Notes: generated by a model not told the origin, from the sequence alone. Numbered from the whole stretch's first letter, positions 1 through 13,230 are shown. The stretch is 63,419 nt of DNA, filler included, from Choristocarpus tenellus KU-1152 (GCA_964200185.2; 8 parts of 8 records of this genome joined end to end with filler, not necessarily neighbours in it), one strand, 5' to 3'. Made by a program: numbers and translations.

Positions 1-71
1 CCAAAAATCGTGACATAAAAAAATTCATCCCAAATGGACAGCAGCCACCCCCTCCCAGATACTTTGAGCCC
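1..71 (+). mobile_element. MITE family B, right end (partial)
   Basis: caaatggac...cccagatactttgagcc matches the terminus of the 2994-3169 element. Confidence 0.7.
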
Positions 72-1037
72 TGAGGAAATCATGATGTGGTGCATGGGAA
101 GTTTGACGTTAAGAACTTGTTTGCGGTAGTACTGGACTGCTAGAATCTTAGTCTTTGATTGTACCTACTTGGTTCCCCCTACTCCTGCAACAATGTCAAA
201 ACTACACTCGCGCCTTCCCACCATCTAACTATCTGCTTCTACAGTCCCACCACCTACTCAATCCTCTCTATGTACAGAATTCAGACGACTGTTCCCAAGC
301 TGTCTTGTCACACTTCTGAGTAGATGGCGCAACCGACCCTCTGGCCTACGGGGCTGAGAGGCGCTCAACTACATCATTTCCCATTCCCAACCCAGGCTCT
401 GTTCCTGCCAGTCAATAAATGGACAAGCATGTTGGAGGCTAGATTGAGTGTTTTTCTTCTCCGATCTTGACATTCCATCTGCCAGATCACTCTTCTTCTC
501 ATTAACGAGTTCTGCTGCAAATGACCGTTCCCCTGCTACTTCTATCTTCCCCCTTCTCATCAATCCCCCCGCCCTTTCATCTCTTGACCCCCCCACTCTT
601 ACCAACCAATGCACTGCAGACTTGGTGTCTCATCTCCATAATACTGGGTCCCTCTTCTTTATCCTTTCCCTTATCTTCAATACCACTAACCCTGTATTCA
701 CTATCCTACCCAACCATTTTAGTACAATGAATTGATATACTCCCCCCCTCTCCTTTCATCCCCATTCAATTGATATCTTTCTTCACGCACTCCAGGGCCT
801 CTTACCTCCATCACTTACCCATCTCCACGTTGTAACTTTCTACTTCTGTAAAGCACGCAGTTGAGTACCTTGCTGTCTCTGGTGGTGGTCTAACCACATA
901 TCTCATAACTGGAAACTCAAGTTCTCTCCTCTTTCAGCCAACCCTCGTCCTGCCACCCAACCCCACCCGTACAAGTCTTGCTTAATTTCCCTACCTATCC
1001 AGACCTCTCTTTTTCCTTTCCTCACCCCTGCACACTG

Positions 1038-1280
1038 GCCATGTTGAAAGGGTCAATGGTCATGGACTCAGTCATGTTCAAACTCGGTTATATACGTGTC
1101 CACGGTGGCCCCAGTCATGTTGAGTAAGTGATGGCCATGGACTTGCCATGTTGGTTGTACATGGACTGACAGTGGCCCAGGTCATGTTGAGTAAGTGATG
1201 GCCATGGACTTGCCATGTTGGTTGTACATGGACTGACAGTGGCCCAGGTCATGTTGAGTAAGTGATGATCATGGACTCAA
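1038..1280. repeat. 67-bp tandem repeat (~2.5 copies) with CATG/GGAC-rich subunits
   Basis: agtggcccaggtcatgttgagtaagtgatg recurs at 1171 and 1238, with a variant at ~1105. Confidence 0.85.
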
Positions 1281-1309
1281 CCTTCTTAGAAAACCTTACT
1301 GATTGTAGG

Positions 1310-1760
1310 CAAGGTGATCTATTTTTGCACTCTTTGTGGAAATCACGTTTGTCTGTTGTTATACCGTTTTGCCTTATGCCATATACCATTATACCGTTGC
1401 ACCAATTGAGGTTCCTCGTCAAGCATCCATGATTCCACTGGTGGATCGTCCGTCAGAATGAAACCATGAAATCTATTCACGAGACCAATCCCACAGACTT
1501 GGGACTGCTCCTCATTCAGAATTGTCACACATGAAGGATTCACTTTGTTCTCACGTCTTGACTCATGGTGATGAAGCCCCCTCTCCGAAGTTGCTCATCA
1601 CTCCTCAATTTTCCCTGCAAGTCCTTGCAGTCTTGTCCAACCTTAACCTCGTACTCCTGGTTACGGTTCGTCTTGGTTCGTTTGGTCCGTCTTGCCCAGT
1701 GATTCTCTTCGCCATCCTTACCTGAGTGAACTCCGCCGCAACAGAATCACACGATTCAAA
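1310..1760 (+). mobile_element. LTR-like dispersed repeat (related copies at ~2385-2500 and ~28520-28780)
   Basis: Shared tgtggaaa..gtttg.c..tt...ataccg...tatgccatatacc motif; TGTT...CAACA ends followed by cacacgattc. Confidence 0.55.
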
Positions 1761-2029
1761 TCTTGAATTACTGTATCCTCAATTTCGAATATCCACTGTA
1801 ACTAGTAAATAAATACATTATATATATCTTGATATTTCTGTATTATATTATGTATTATTAAGATGTTAAAATTGTTGATTTTGTGATAATCATCTTCGAA
1901 CTAAGGTATACCTTTAAGATGACCTACCTTTCCACCTGCTTAACAATTTAATACAAATATATTGCTGGGTACTGAGGTGATTTGTGATCGGTGTGTTTGT
2001 GAATGTCGCACGTTCACACTTGTATAGGG

Positions 2030-2320
2030 CGTAGTGGACATAGTCCAGACATGCCAGAAAAATCGAACTGATGGGCAGCCATGGTATGTACATGCAAAGA
2101 AAAAGTTTGACCGGTGGATATGGACCAATACAATACCCTGTGGACATGGTTCGGACATGTCAGAGAATGTCTGACCTGGTCTGACCAGTGGACATGGATC
2201 GGTTTGATATATGGACCAGGACACGTTAAATAAATGTTGGGCCGATCCAGACATGAAACGGACCTGTTCAATACCTAGTGGACATGGATTGGGACATGAT
2301 AAATAATTGTGGGACCAGTC
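2030..2320. repeat. Degenerate GTGGACATGG/GACC-rich repeat tract
   Basis: Repeated gtggacatgg...gacatg motifs; similar tracts at 1038-1280 and 16420-16640. Confidence 0.6.
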
Positions 2321-2993
2321 CGCCTGGTGGACTGGACTCTCTTAATTTGCTGGCCTGGTGAAAAGCCCTGCTATTTTTCTGCCTGAAATGTGGAAAGCAG
2401 GTTTGACTTTTATGATACCGTTATTGTCGTATGCCATATACCGTTTATACCGATTGAGGTTTCCTTGTCTGGAATCCCCTATTCCAGTGGAGGATCTTAC
2501 GAATAATTGAGGTGTGGAGGTTAAACCCCATCCCTGCCCAAGCTGCCCAGAGTCACTCTCCCCGGACCATCAGGGCACCCTCCCTTGTGGTTACTCGCTC
2601 CACCCCATCTACATGCTTAGCCTCTATGATGATGCAAACCACCCTTCCATATGCCCCCACTGCGGAACACACTTGCCCGTTCCCACCCTCATCAACCAAA
2701 GACCTCACCCCTCCCTAGTGAGCTTATAGCCCGTTAAAATAATGGCACCACAGCTGAAATCCACCTTTTCTCACCAGACAACATCACAGGCCAGAACTTA
2801 CATCTCCAACGGGGCAAGTGTTCTCCTATTACAGTCCAGAGTCCCAGGGACAGAAAAGACTTTCAGGTTACTGATTCCAAGCACCCAAACTAGAACCTAT
2901 ATGAGCTTAGGCAAGTCATAATGGAAGGAAAAGATAGGTTGAAAAGGGGTACTGGGTCTAGGGAGCAACAGTATTGCCCCCCTGAGGGGGAGC

Positions 2994-3169
2994 GGCTCAA
3001 AGTATCTGGGGGTGGGTGGTGGCTGTCCATTTGGGGTCCATTTTTTCATGTCACGATTTTTGGTTGATTGGGTTGCATACGGCAGATGGATAATGTACAT
3101 GCACTTTCCTTATTTTGGTCCAAATGTACAACCTGGTGGAGACCCCCCCCCCCCCAGATACTTTGTGTC
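2994..3169. mobile_element. MITE family B (~175 bp), PIF/Harbinger Tourist-like
   Basis: TIR ggctcaaagtatctggggg ... cccccagatactttgtgtc; flanks agc/agt; partial copies at 1-71, 20549-20729 and 37762-37785. Confidence 0.75.
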
Positions 3170-3489
3170 AGTACACCCCTGTGCAGAATAAGATATGGAT
3201 TATGGTCATATATAACCAAAAAGCATTCGGGACAATGGTTCATGCTTTAGTGGGTTAGTTATTAACAAGTGATAGATTGAAAGACCACATGTTCGGGACA
3301 TTTTTCTATATAGTGATGAGTTTTCCGGGAACGTTGCAAGTGCTTCCTATATGAGTTTTCTAGAAACAACAGGTGCTAAACTTAGCCCCATCTATAATAG
3401 CATCACTCTTCTTTTCAACCATCCCATCAACTTTCTGCAAAAGGGAATCGTGTGAGGCTCCCATCTCCTTCTCTTTTCTTTAATGCTAA

Positions 3490-3756
3490 GAGTCAAAGCA
3501 TTGAAGGGGTACGGTCGCGTCTATTCAGAGTCATAAATCCAATTTTTCGATTTTGATGAATTTTGGCTATCGTATTTGTTATCGAGTGCCAGAATCCTTC
3601 CTCTGTATACACCTTTCATAGTCCTATGCATTTTGCCTACTCTGAAATCCGAAACGCTCACACAGAAAACCGAAAAAGGGTATAAAAAAACGTGGGAAAG
3701 CCAAGTCCTGAACGGACAAGCGAGGAAAACTCCTACCTTCTTAGATGCTTTGGGTC
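3490..3756 (+). mobile_element. MITE family A (subfamily A2)
   Basis: TIR gagtcaaagca...tgctttgggtc; internal sequence matches copies at 30035 and 57892. Confidence 0.85.
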
Positions 3757-3759
3757 TGA

Positions 3760-4021
3760 GAGTGAAAGTATCTTAGAGGATAAGAGTTTTTCCCTGTTTG
3801 TCCATTTGGGGCTTGGCTTCCCACCAGTTTTTAATGACATTTTTCCTACTCCAAAATGTTTTGGAGCAGGTAAAAAAGTGTACATATTATGAAAAGGTGT
3901 GTCCAGAACAAGGATGTTGACATCTCCTAACAAACATGATTGTCAAAATCACATCAAAAATGCATCATTGGATTTTGACCCCCAAATGGACACAGCTCTA
4001 CCCTATAAGATACTTTGACTC
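3760..4021 (-). mobile_element. MITE family A (subfamily A1), inverted
   Basis: TIR gagtgaaagtatctta ... taagatactttgactc; 3-bp TSD TGA. Confidence 0.9.
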
Positions 4022-4055
4022 TGACACAAACAGCACTATATATCTGCACAGGTAA

Positions 4056-7000
4056 TGATCCTCAATGGCATGAACAAGATGAAGAAGTTGCCCATCTTGA
4101 CTGAAGCACCACAACGGTCAGTGGAGACTTGGACAACATAGAGATTATCTGTGCCAGTGGAAAGGGTCTGTACGACGTTCTGCAGTGAAAATATACGTGG
4201 TCCCTGAACCCATGGAGACACCAATGGGACAGGAACAAATAGCGTGCGAAAACTACAAGAAGAACAACAGACTTCTGTGGTTTCTGCTCGTCCAAGCAAC
4301 AAGGGAGTCCGCGGCAGCAATCGTGGAGCAATTCAAGAACATTGAGAACCCAGACGGCAGAGGAGCATGGATGGAATTAGAATGAGTCTACGGAGGCCGT
4401 GCATATTATCACCCTGGAAGCACACCTCCGGGAGCTACAGTGGTCCTTGACTATGGACAGTACAGATTTCATAGTCAAACTCAAACGGATATTTGCAGAG
4501 TTCGAGCAGCTAAAGGAAAGGAAGTCAGAAACATCAAGAAGGCTTCAATCCTGTCAAGCATCAAGGATGCCATGCCCAACATCTTTGCACGGCTGATCAC
4601 AAGACCCGATATAAGCTATGAGGAGCTGAAGCGGGCAATCGTCTCATCATCATCATAATTACATTTGGACCAGGACAGGAACAGAAACGTAATGGCCCTA
4701 CAAAGCACAACAAGGGACAACTGTTGGACAATCACGGGGGGTCATCGAGGTATCCCAATCCTGACCAATGTGCTTTCTGTCTCAAATGGGGTCATTGATG
4801 GAGAGAATGCCACTTGTATTTGCTGGACTAATCACCAGCAGAATGACCAAGAGGTATGGTGCCTGCACTATGCAATTTCCTCCACCTGGAGCTACATCGA
4901 CACTCAGTCAAAGAGGACATCAAAAGAGAAGGGGTGGTAACAGGAATCAAGCACAGTCATTCTCAACCTTCAAGGTAACGGCCAGCAAAGAGCATGAATT
5001 ATTGATGCTTAGCTCATTGTGAGGCAAAGAGATCGAGCTCCTATGCAACTCTGGAGTGAACGTGCATCTCATGTCATGCGGAGAGGATCTGGCGAACACA
5101 TGAGCAAGAAAGCAGACATGCACCTTCAGCAACAATGGGAAGCTGGAGGCTAAGGAGACAGGGGATACGACTATAGACAACGAGCAAGAACAGGGAGTCA
5201 AGGGTGATACTTCAGGATGTACTTTGGGTACCTGGTATGACATGCCGAATATTGAGCACTGGGACCCTACAGCGAGAAGGCAGAAAATTTATGGACTCGG
5301 GATCAAAAACAGGCTACCTTAGAACTTCATGGAACGGTCTGAAGACAAAATTGGAGAAATCGGGGAATTTTTGCCCTTGAAGGAGAATCGTGTGAGGCTC
5401 ATAACCTGTTGAACCTGATTTCGTATGAGTTGTGTGTTGTTGTGGTGTGTCTGGTTTGTGAAGAAGGAGGTCATAGCGCAACAAAGCACTGATGAATTTG
5501 TTCTGGTAGGTCTGATGACATGTATTCAGTCAGTGTTCGATGTGAAGGTATGTTTGGTTGTGCTGTGATTAACACGGTTAGAGGCAAGTGTGTGTCATAG
5601 TGCAACAAGACCCCTGTGGGTTTGGGTAGATGTGTCTGAAGGGATGTCTTACTCAATCAAACTTTGGTTGAAGTGAGATGGGTACTGGTGTGTCTGTGAC
5701 ATATATTACTCAAGCAGACGGTGATTGATAGAAACTATGTGGTGAGACATTCAAATCCATCCTCTGTGAAGAGGGTTGCCACCTTGGCAGAGAAGGGTTT
5801 TGAAGGAGGGTTTTAACTCTGTTGTATTGCATCTGGTGTGCGTCTTATACGTGTTGCAGAGTGATGGCACGTCTTATTGAGGGGGCTGTCAGTGAAGTAA
5901 AAAGTAACACAGGAAGAAAGAAGAAGCCAAGGTTGGATCCATATATAGCGTAACTACTGCCATACATCTTTTGAGTGGGTTGTGATGATGAGCTAATGAG
6001 CTAATGATGAAAATGGGAATAGCGACCGTTGCAATGGACAAATCAACGTTCATTATGGACTGACGATGCTGTATCGTATCAAAGCAAATCGAATGAGTAG
6101 CCTATGTTTTAACAGAGAGGGACGTTGGAAGAAAAATGTATTAACACAAATGCATCATTTGCCAGGAAGAGACAGAAACCTACACTTCATGACTGGTACT
6201 ACATACTGGACCACATCAACTCATCAGTCATCGAATACCTTGAAAATCGTGGATTAGTGGAGATCATAGACACTACAATGGCTTCCGAGATGAGATTCAA
6301 GACGTCCAAGGGATGCAAAGCAGAAAAGCTCAGCTACCAGAGGGGAGGTCAAAACCCCAAACAGCCTGGTGAGGTGATACACATGGATCTGGCGGGTCCC
6401 TTCCAACCAGACGTTATGGGACGTAAGTACTTCCAAGTAATTATTTCAGACAAGAGGAGCAGGGACAAGCGATTTTACGACTTGAAGACAAGAGATGCAG
6501 CGACAGACACCATCACTGCCTATGTCGACAAAATAGCCAGAGAAGCTGTGGTTGCGAAGTGCATCAGTAGGGATTGTGCTGGGGAACTTGGGAAATCAGT
6601 TTGATCCCAACGTATGCTAGCCAACAACGGGATTCGATGGAGAAAGTTGCCATCACGTATGCCCCAGAGCAACAGGATCACGGAACGGTCCATCAAGCAA
6701 CTGACGGAGGCTGCAAGGAACCAGCTGGTGAAAGTGGGACTGGGCAACGGGTACTGGCTGGTTCTTTGCCATAACGGACTTGGCATTCAGAACTGGAGGG
6801 ATGCCAAACAAGCACCTGAGTGGAGAGACACCTTGCAACCGACTCACAGGAAAGCCATTAAACTATGACAGGTTGAGGGTCGTACACCGGACCAAGCAGT
6901 AGCGTGGAACTGCATCAAAGTTTCATTCCTATGCCAAGAGAGGACTGCTAATGGGACAAGATCGCACATCACTATGCTAGCATGTATGGCTTCCTCAGCA

Positions 7001-7400
7001 AGGCAAGCTAGTCACTTCAGCACATGTAACCTTCAAAGCAGAGGAGTGCATGCACCATCGACTTTGTTGGGGAACAGGATATCCCTCTGACCGAGTACAA
7101 GGGACAAGACAAGAAGCTGATAGAAGAATCCATAGATACTGTGTTTCTAAGATGAATGTACTGTGTGAGAGTTGAAGCAATCTGTGTTCTTTTACTTTCA
7201 CTCTCATACAGGAGTAGTGTGCACAATAAGATATGAATGATGGTAACTGTGAAACAGATAGAAACAAACCGACAAGTTCTTTGTATTCTTCGTACTGAAG
7301 GAGAGCGGGAAGACCCATAGGAGGCAAGGAAAAGGAGAGAGACAAGACAAGAGGGTGAGCAATCCCTCAGAACATCGCTGAGGAAAAGAGTGAACAAGTT
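4056..7400 (+). mobile_element. Degenerate Ty1/Copia LTR retrotransposon (gag, protease, integrase; RT not seen)
   Basis: Zinc knuckle CAFCLKWGH*WREC (~4769-4810); protease-like LCNSGVNVH (~5040-5070); GAG-pre-integrase-like DWYYILDH; integrase PGEVIHMDLAGPF...SRDCAGEL and PQSNRITER; many stops and frameshifts. Confidence 0.85.
5384..5909 (-). mobile_element. LTR plus half-tRNA-iMet PBS nested antisense within the Copia relic
   Basis: Minus strand reads TGTTAC...TCAACA then GGTTATGAGCC (5396-5406), complementary to the iMet tRNA anticodon arm; same LTR-end/PBS motif at ~28750-28780. Confidence 0.6.
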
Positions 7401-8161
7401 GTAAGTGAATGAGGGGGGTTTGCAAGGTCCCCTCAAACCACCCTGTATTTACTTCAAGCAGATGTTACCTTCAACATGCAAAAAAAAATGCCATATGAAT
7501 ATCAGATTCTTCAATATAGGCTACCTTCAAGGTAGACCTTTTAAGATGACTCTTATATAATATGTAACCAAAAAGCATTCACGTTGAAATTTGATTACAA
7601 GTTAGTCTATTTTCTATTTCCAATATGAACTGATTTTGAGATTCGACTAAAAGACAGAAGAAATGATTTTTGATTTGTTGGTTTCTTCAATCAAAATCTC
7701 TCAAAACAGAACATATCATCTGAATTGTTGTATACTACTTATCCGTAGTGTTTTGAATTCGTTCAAGGTGAGAAATCAGGTGGATATGATCCAATTGGTG
7801 TGGGACGGGCAAACCCTACAATTCACAAACCCTTGTGAATTTGTCACTGTCTCTAAACCAATCTACCTCAGTTCCCTAGAAGTATGAATTGCCGTTACTT
7901 GAAGAGCCGGGCTTACTTCTCGGGAACCGACACACCCCATTCCCTAGTTGCCTACTCACCCCTTGGTGCAGGTATAGAAGTAGCTGACAGTTTGCCCAGA
8001 AGCTATTCAAGTGCTGACTTGCCGAAGCAGCCATCGTTTCCAGAAGAGGTAGAAGGTGGATGATGGAGCAGAAGGGTTCGACTTTTCCTCGCGCACAGTG
8101 CAGAGTGTTGGGATACAGGGATTGGGTGAACAAGAATAGTTGACATGTTGTGAGGAAGGCA

Positions 8162-8211
8162 AGCCCCAAATGGACAGTGTAAGACTCGTACCCTCTAAGA
8201 TACTTTCATTC
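8162..8211 (+). mobile_element. MITE family A right end (partial)
   Basis: aagccccaaatggac...cgtaccctctaagatactttcattc. Confidence 0.75.
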
Positions 8212-8519
8212 CGAATCTTTTTGGAACTCTTGGTATAATCACCTGAGGTAACAAATACATGCTACTGCAGCACGATTGAGGTGATAGACGGTTTCTTTGT
8301 CTCAACCTAAGATAATTTCCTGTGATGATGGTAAAACATGTGTACCTAGTACACACTGGGAGGCATGTGACAGGCAATGAGCGTATGTATCGCTCTACCC
8401 ATGCTTTATTCAGCGCAAGCAGGAAGTATGCTAACAGACCGCCCAATAGGGAAAGGTTTGAAGACCTCTTATAGCTATATTGTAAAGTTTGTACCTTGAG
8501 GGAAAAAACGGAGTGTTTA

Positions 8520-8940
8520 GAGTCAGTTGAACGCTACAGGGCGATGACCAAGAATCTGACAGACCCCTTCTTGCTCATCTGTTTGGTGTCTCCAGCTTGA
8601 AGCGCATGGCAACTCTCGAGAGATTCACCTTTGTAGTGACAGACACTACTCGTTGTAAGCGGCATTTAACAGTCCCTTTCCTGCTATAACTTCCCACTCC
8701 ATTGCATGTGTAGCCAACTCATCAGGAAAACCTTCTGCTTGCTTTCCGAGGCGCCCAAAACTTTCCGCCGAGAAGGTGTTGAGTTGAAAAATACGAGGGT
8801 CAAAAGAACTCTCGTAGTGGGTGCCCTTTCGCGCCCCAGCTGCAGCACCAGCTATACCATCGTTGGTGGATGTGTGTGGAAGATAGGATACAAACGCAAC
8901 ACCCACGAGGAGGCGTTCACCTTATGGAACCAATCCAACT
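8520..8940 (-). mobile_element. Non-LTR retrotransposon 3' relic (CRE-like restriction-like endonuclease region)
   Basis: AAAGARKGTHY...FSAESFGRLGKQAEGFPDELA resembles the K..Y / E..G..G..A RLE tail of CRE-clade elements. Confidence 0.55.
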
Positions 8941-10426
8941 TTCCTCATAGTTTTGGTTGATTTTTCTGGTGAAGGTTTCTTCTTACTATTCTTTTATAAT
9001 CTTTTTTCTTCCGCCCTTTTGTTTTATATTATGGTCGTTGTTCCCTTTTCTCAAGTAGTGTGATATATTTGTCTTTCAACTACCTTTTTGACCAGGGGTG
9101 TGGGATCTCTCACGTTAATATTACGTTTTAATACTAATGTGATGATGATCAATAGTGATGACAATAACAGTCAGTCACTTTACTGTTTATAATAACAATA
9201 ACACCAACAACACTAACGTACAGTCATGCTATATTATTGTTAACCATCCACTTTTCTACACAAAATATATATTTGTAAGTAACAATTTCAGTGATCACAA
9301 CAACAATAGCTTTTCCTCAACACATCTACAAAATGTTAGAGGGTAAACTAACATAAAATAGAAACAAATTTAAATTAGAAAGAACCATACTGAAGTCACT
9401 CAATCTTTCAACCCTCTACTTTCTCCACATAACTCTATAATAATACTCCTTCTGTAGAATATAATTATATTTTCCAGATGTGTGTTTATTCAAAGATCAA
9501 GGATATGTAGTGGTGGTGTGAAGGGGTGAATACTTACGACTATCATCAACACCCCGCCCTAAACTTATTAGTAGTATATGTCGGATGGTTGTGATATTGG
9601 TTGTCCTTAATCCTAACACACTTGCAATATATATTAATATTATTATGGCTCTAACATTTTGTACATGTGTCAGAGGAAAAACCATTAAAAAGGCAATAAT
9701 AGTCTTCTATCTTAGAATAGGAAAAAGTCCAACTTCGTGTATTTAATGGTATAATGAATAAAATATATATTTTATTGAACATATGTAGAAAAATAATACT
9801 TGTAAATCAATTCTTAGCGGTATGTTATGATGCATACCGTGTATTTCGGGTATTTCCAAAAATCCTAGAACTGTTTTATTATCCTAGAACTATTTTATTA
9901 TCCTAGAACGATTGTAGGAATTTCAGTTCACACCTGGTTCACATATTATCCATGGATTGTCATTCAAGGCTCTTTTGGAAATAATCTCAAGAGGTTCTGT
10001 CAGGGCTAGAATTTTCTGTTTCGAAAACATCTCCTACAGGTCCCCATAAGAGGTGTTCCAAGGAATGATCTTTCAGAAGGACGACTTCACTGTTTATTCT
10101 CTTGACCAACTAAGAACTACAATCCATGTTTGATTACAACTACAATAATCAACTCAACACCCTCTGTTTTGCAGCATCACTTATGTTATCGTACACTTGA
10201 CTGAAACAAGCTGAGGAATTGGTAACCAAGGAAACGGGTCGGGTAGAGGAGACGACAAGCGCATTCGTTCCGCGGTGGTTGAATGTCCGTCGGCATTGCT
10301 AAAAGTCCAATAGGACTGTTCGGTGGAAATAAACAATTTGAACAAGAAGGTGCAACAGAAGTCGTTGACAAGGGCCTGCAGGCAGTAGGCCTGCTCACCG
10401 CTGTGGATTGCGTTTTCGGAGCCTAC

Positions 10427-12403
10427 ATGAGCTCTGACCAACATCCTAGGCGTCCAATCGCACGATCAACCCGATCTTCCACCTGGGCGGTTGACACCCC
10501 GACCACCCAATCAATGGGCTACCCACAAGGTTCTAGAGATGCTTCTCCCGGTGCCACGGATGTTCGCTCATCGTACTATCGCCGCAGCACCTCCCCGGTA
10601 CGAGCCGTTGACCAACCATAACAGGCGTGTGATTCTTTCCCCTCCTAGTAGGGGACAATAGGAACCATGTAGTCATCATCCTGACAACCTCGTCCTTCTA
10701 CTTCGCTGATCTCAACAGGTGGATTCTGATTCTGTTCAGATGAGGAAGAGCTGCGATTATTGCGTGCGCATGAAGCGTGCTTGTGATGGGAAAACTCCCT
10801 GTCAACTTTGTACTCGGCGTAACAAGAAGTGCACGAGAAGTGCGAAGAAGAAAAGCGGTCCTGCGAAGGGATCCAAGTACGCGACAAGGCGCAAGCGCGA
10901 TATGGAGGAGGCTGGAATGAGCCCATGTTTGCTGGAGTCTTCGTCGGTGAAACTGGTCGGGGCCGGGCAATTACAAGATCCCCAAAGAGATCTGGCAATG
11001 GGTGGTGGGACATATCTAAGAGGCTTAGATCACCTCGGGCACGAAGAGCGACATCAGAGGACTGTAGACATTTTGGCTGCGGCGGCGGTGGCTGCAGTCC
11101 AGAATTCTGCCCCCAGCTCGGCTGCGCTTCAGTTGTTGGGGGGTGTGAAGAGCGAGAGCGAGAGTCAGGCGCTCATCACGGCCTTTCCCGGCGTCCTTCA
11201 GGTACTTATTGAAGTGTTGAGCACGCCATTAATAATCTTATTTCATCACTTGTTTGGTTATGCCGTTCATTGACAGCTCGGTTTAAAGCAGAAATGTCTT
11301 CAGTGGCTCATAAGGAACTCCAGTACATTTACATATCTATTCCTCCTCCCTCCAATTAATGTGGTAGATCAGTTGGTTATGATTTCTACCACCCATGCAT
11401 CTATCGCCCCACTCTATAGTACATTTCTTAACCCTGATTCAAGAGATTACTCAGTGCGGTAGGTTCTTGATTTCCGTTTGGTAGTGTGTCTGCAGGGAGT
11501 GCTGTAGGCAGTAGGGAGAGACCCCATTCGCATGCATGATCCTAACTCTATTCCTCTTGTTCCTCCATATTACACGCTCAGGATCCCGCTGCCTGGAGTC
11601 ACCCCTCAGCAGAGGAACTTCAGATTGTAGAAGGAATGGAGTACCACCCAGTGACTCAGTACTCTGACTTGGTGATGCGCACCACCTTAGCAGGGGCAGT
11701 GGGCGGGGGAATAATGGCACCAACTACCTCTTCCATGGCGGCTCCAGTAATGCGTACCACTTGGCAGCCTGCTCCATCTACCCATCAGCTGCCTTTTGAT
11801 CGATCTGGGTCCCATTCTGCTCGGCCCTTCAGTCAATATGTTCGCCGTGAAGATGTGGTGCACAGTGGAGGGGGAGGAGGTGGGATCGAGGCCAGGTCTG
11901 AGGCTGGGGCCAGAGCAAGGATGGGACTGGATGTGTCCATTGCTTCCTCTTCTCCTGTGAATTCGTCATCCTTCCCCCGTAACAGACATGGATCCTTTGC
12001 TGAATCTCACAACACTTTTCCTTTCCAGCAGCAGCTGACATTACCCCTGCAGTCGCAGCTGCCACAGTCGCAAGTACATCGGAATCCTTCCTCTTCTCCT
12101 CAATTTCACCATCACCATGCTGGAAGGGGCAGAAGCTTCGAGTCGTTGGACTTCCCCACATCAAGTGGCTTGATTGGGGGAGCAGAGGGGCAGGCACAAG
12201 GGGGTGCAGCAGGTGGCTCTGCTGCAATAGGCAGTTTTTCTGCAATGAAGGGGGATACCCTGGCCGAGGAAGTGAGTGCTGCCACAGGTGGGTGGGAAGC
12301 AAGGTGGAAGCAGGAGGAAGAGGACAGGCATAATCAGAGAGGAAGTATAAGGCAGCATCACCCTCGCAAATTGGGCCGAGGAGAAATGCAGCGAGATCAC
12401 TAG
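10427..12403 (+). CDS. Zn(II)2Cys6 binuclear-cluster transcription factor; exons 10427(or 10283)-10597, 10719-11201, 11582-12403
   Basis: CDYC-x6-C-x5-CQLC-x6-C plus basic tail KKKSGPAKGSK; both introns GT-AG and phase 0, giving a continuous frame; low-complexity S/Q/G C-terminus. Confidence 0.85.
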
Positions 12404-13230
12404 AGCAGTAAGATTAGATAATCTGATCAAATATGTCCATTGAGCATACTCCATGTGCCTGAATTGTGTAGAGAATGGATGCAGTTGTCTTATGGAAAGG
12501 CTGGCTCAACAAATGATGCTCTTGAGCAGGAGCAACTTTTGAACTGTTTTTTAGGTGCAAGGGAGAAAGTGAGTTCCCGTTGATGGTAGTCAATGCTGCA
12601 GCCTGCTGGGCACCCCCCGCAGTTGGTCCTCTGCAAAGAATGTGTCTATGTTGTTCATGACAATTTGTCTTTCATGTGGATTATTGTGCTCACCCTCTTA
12701 TAAATACTGAGGCCACTTTATGCCACCAAGTTCACCATAACTTGTCTAGTTATCCATTGAGTAAATACTGAAGCTACCACATGCCATCTTTTTCACCTTA
12801 AACTTGTCTAGTTGTGTTTGCATTTTTTTTCCTTTTGATATTTTTATTTTGATATTTGATGCGCCCCTCATTTAAACCCCTTTGGTAGGAGGCAAAGGTA
12901 AAAGCTTCCGCTGAAGTTTAGACCCATGTCAAGGTACGTCATTAGCAAAAACTTCCATTTAAAACCCCCATACTGTTGGCGAATTGGTGCACCAATGTGA
13001 TTTGCATTTTTTTTCATTCTGAAGGTTGCCATTCCTGTACAGAGGTTATCCATAGTTTTTGGAATCGTTGATGGTTTTTGTACAGGCTGCTTGTCACATA
13101 CACTTTGCATGAATGGCACAGAGTAACTGTAGCTGGGTGGTTAGCATTTTTTTGTTGCGTATCTTTGCATGATGTTCAATCACAAAACGACAAAACACAT
13201 ATCTTGCAAGAGCATGTTCAACTATGGTCA

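Noticed and set aside
1038-1280. Regular repeats resembling a CRISPR array
   Set aside because: Whole 67-bp units are repeated with no unique spacers, and no cas genes are present
3576-3933. Recurrent short ORFs such as MLGSVNILV... and GSQAPNGQT... across the window
   Set aside because: Chance frames within MITE family A copies, not a protein family
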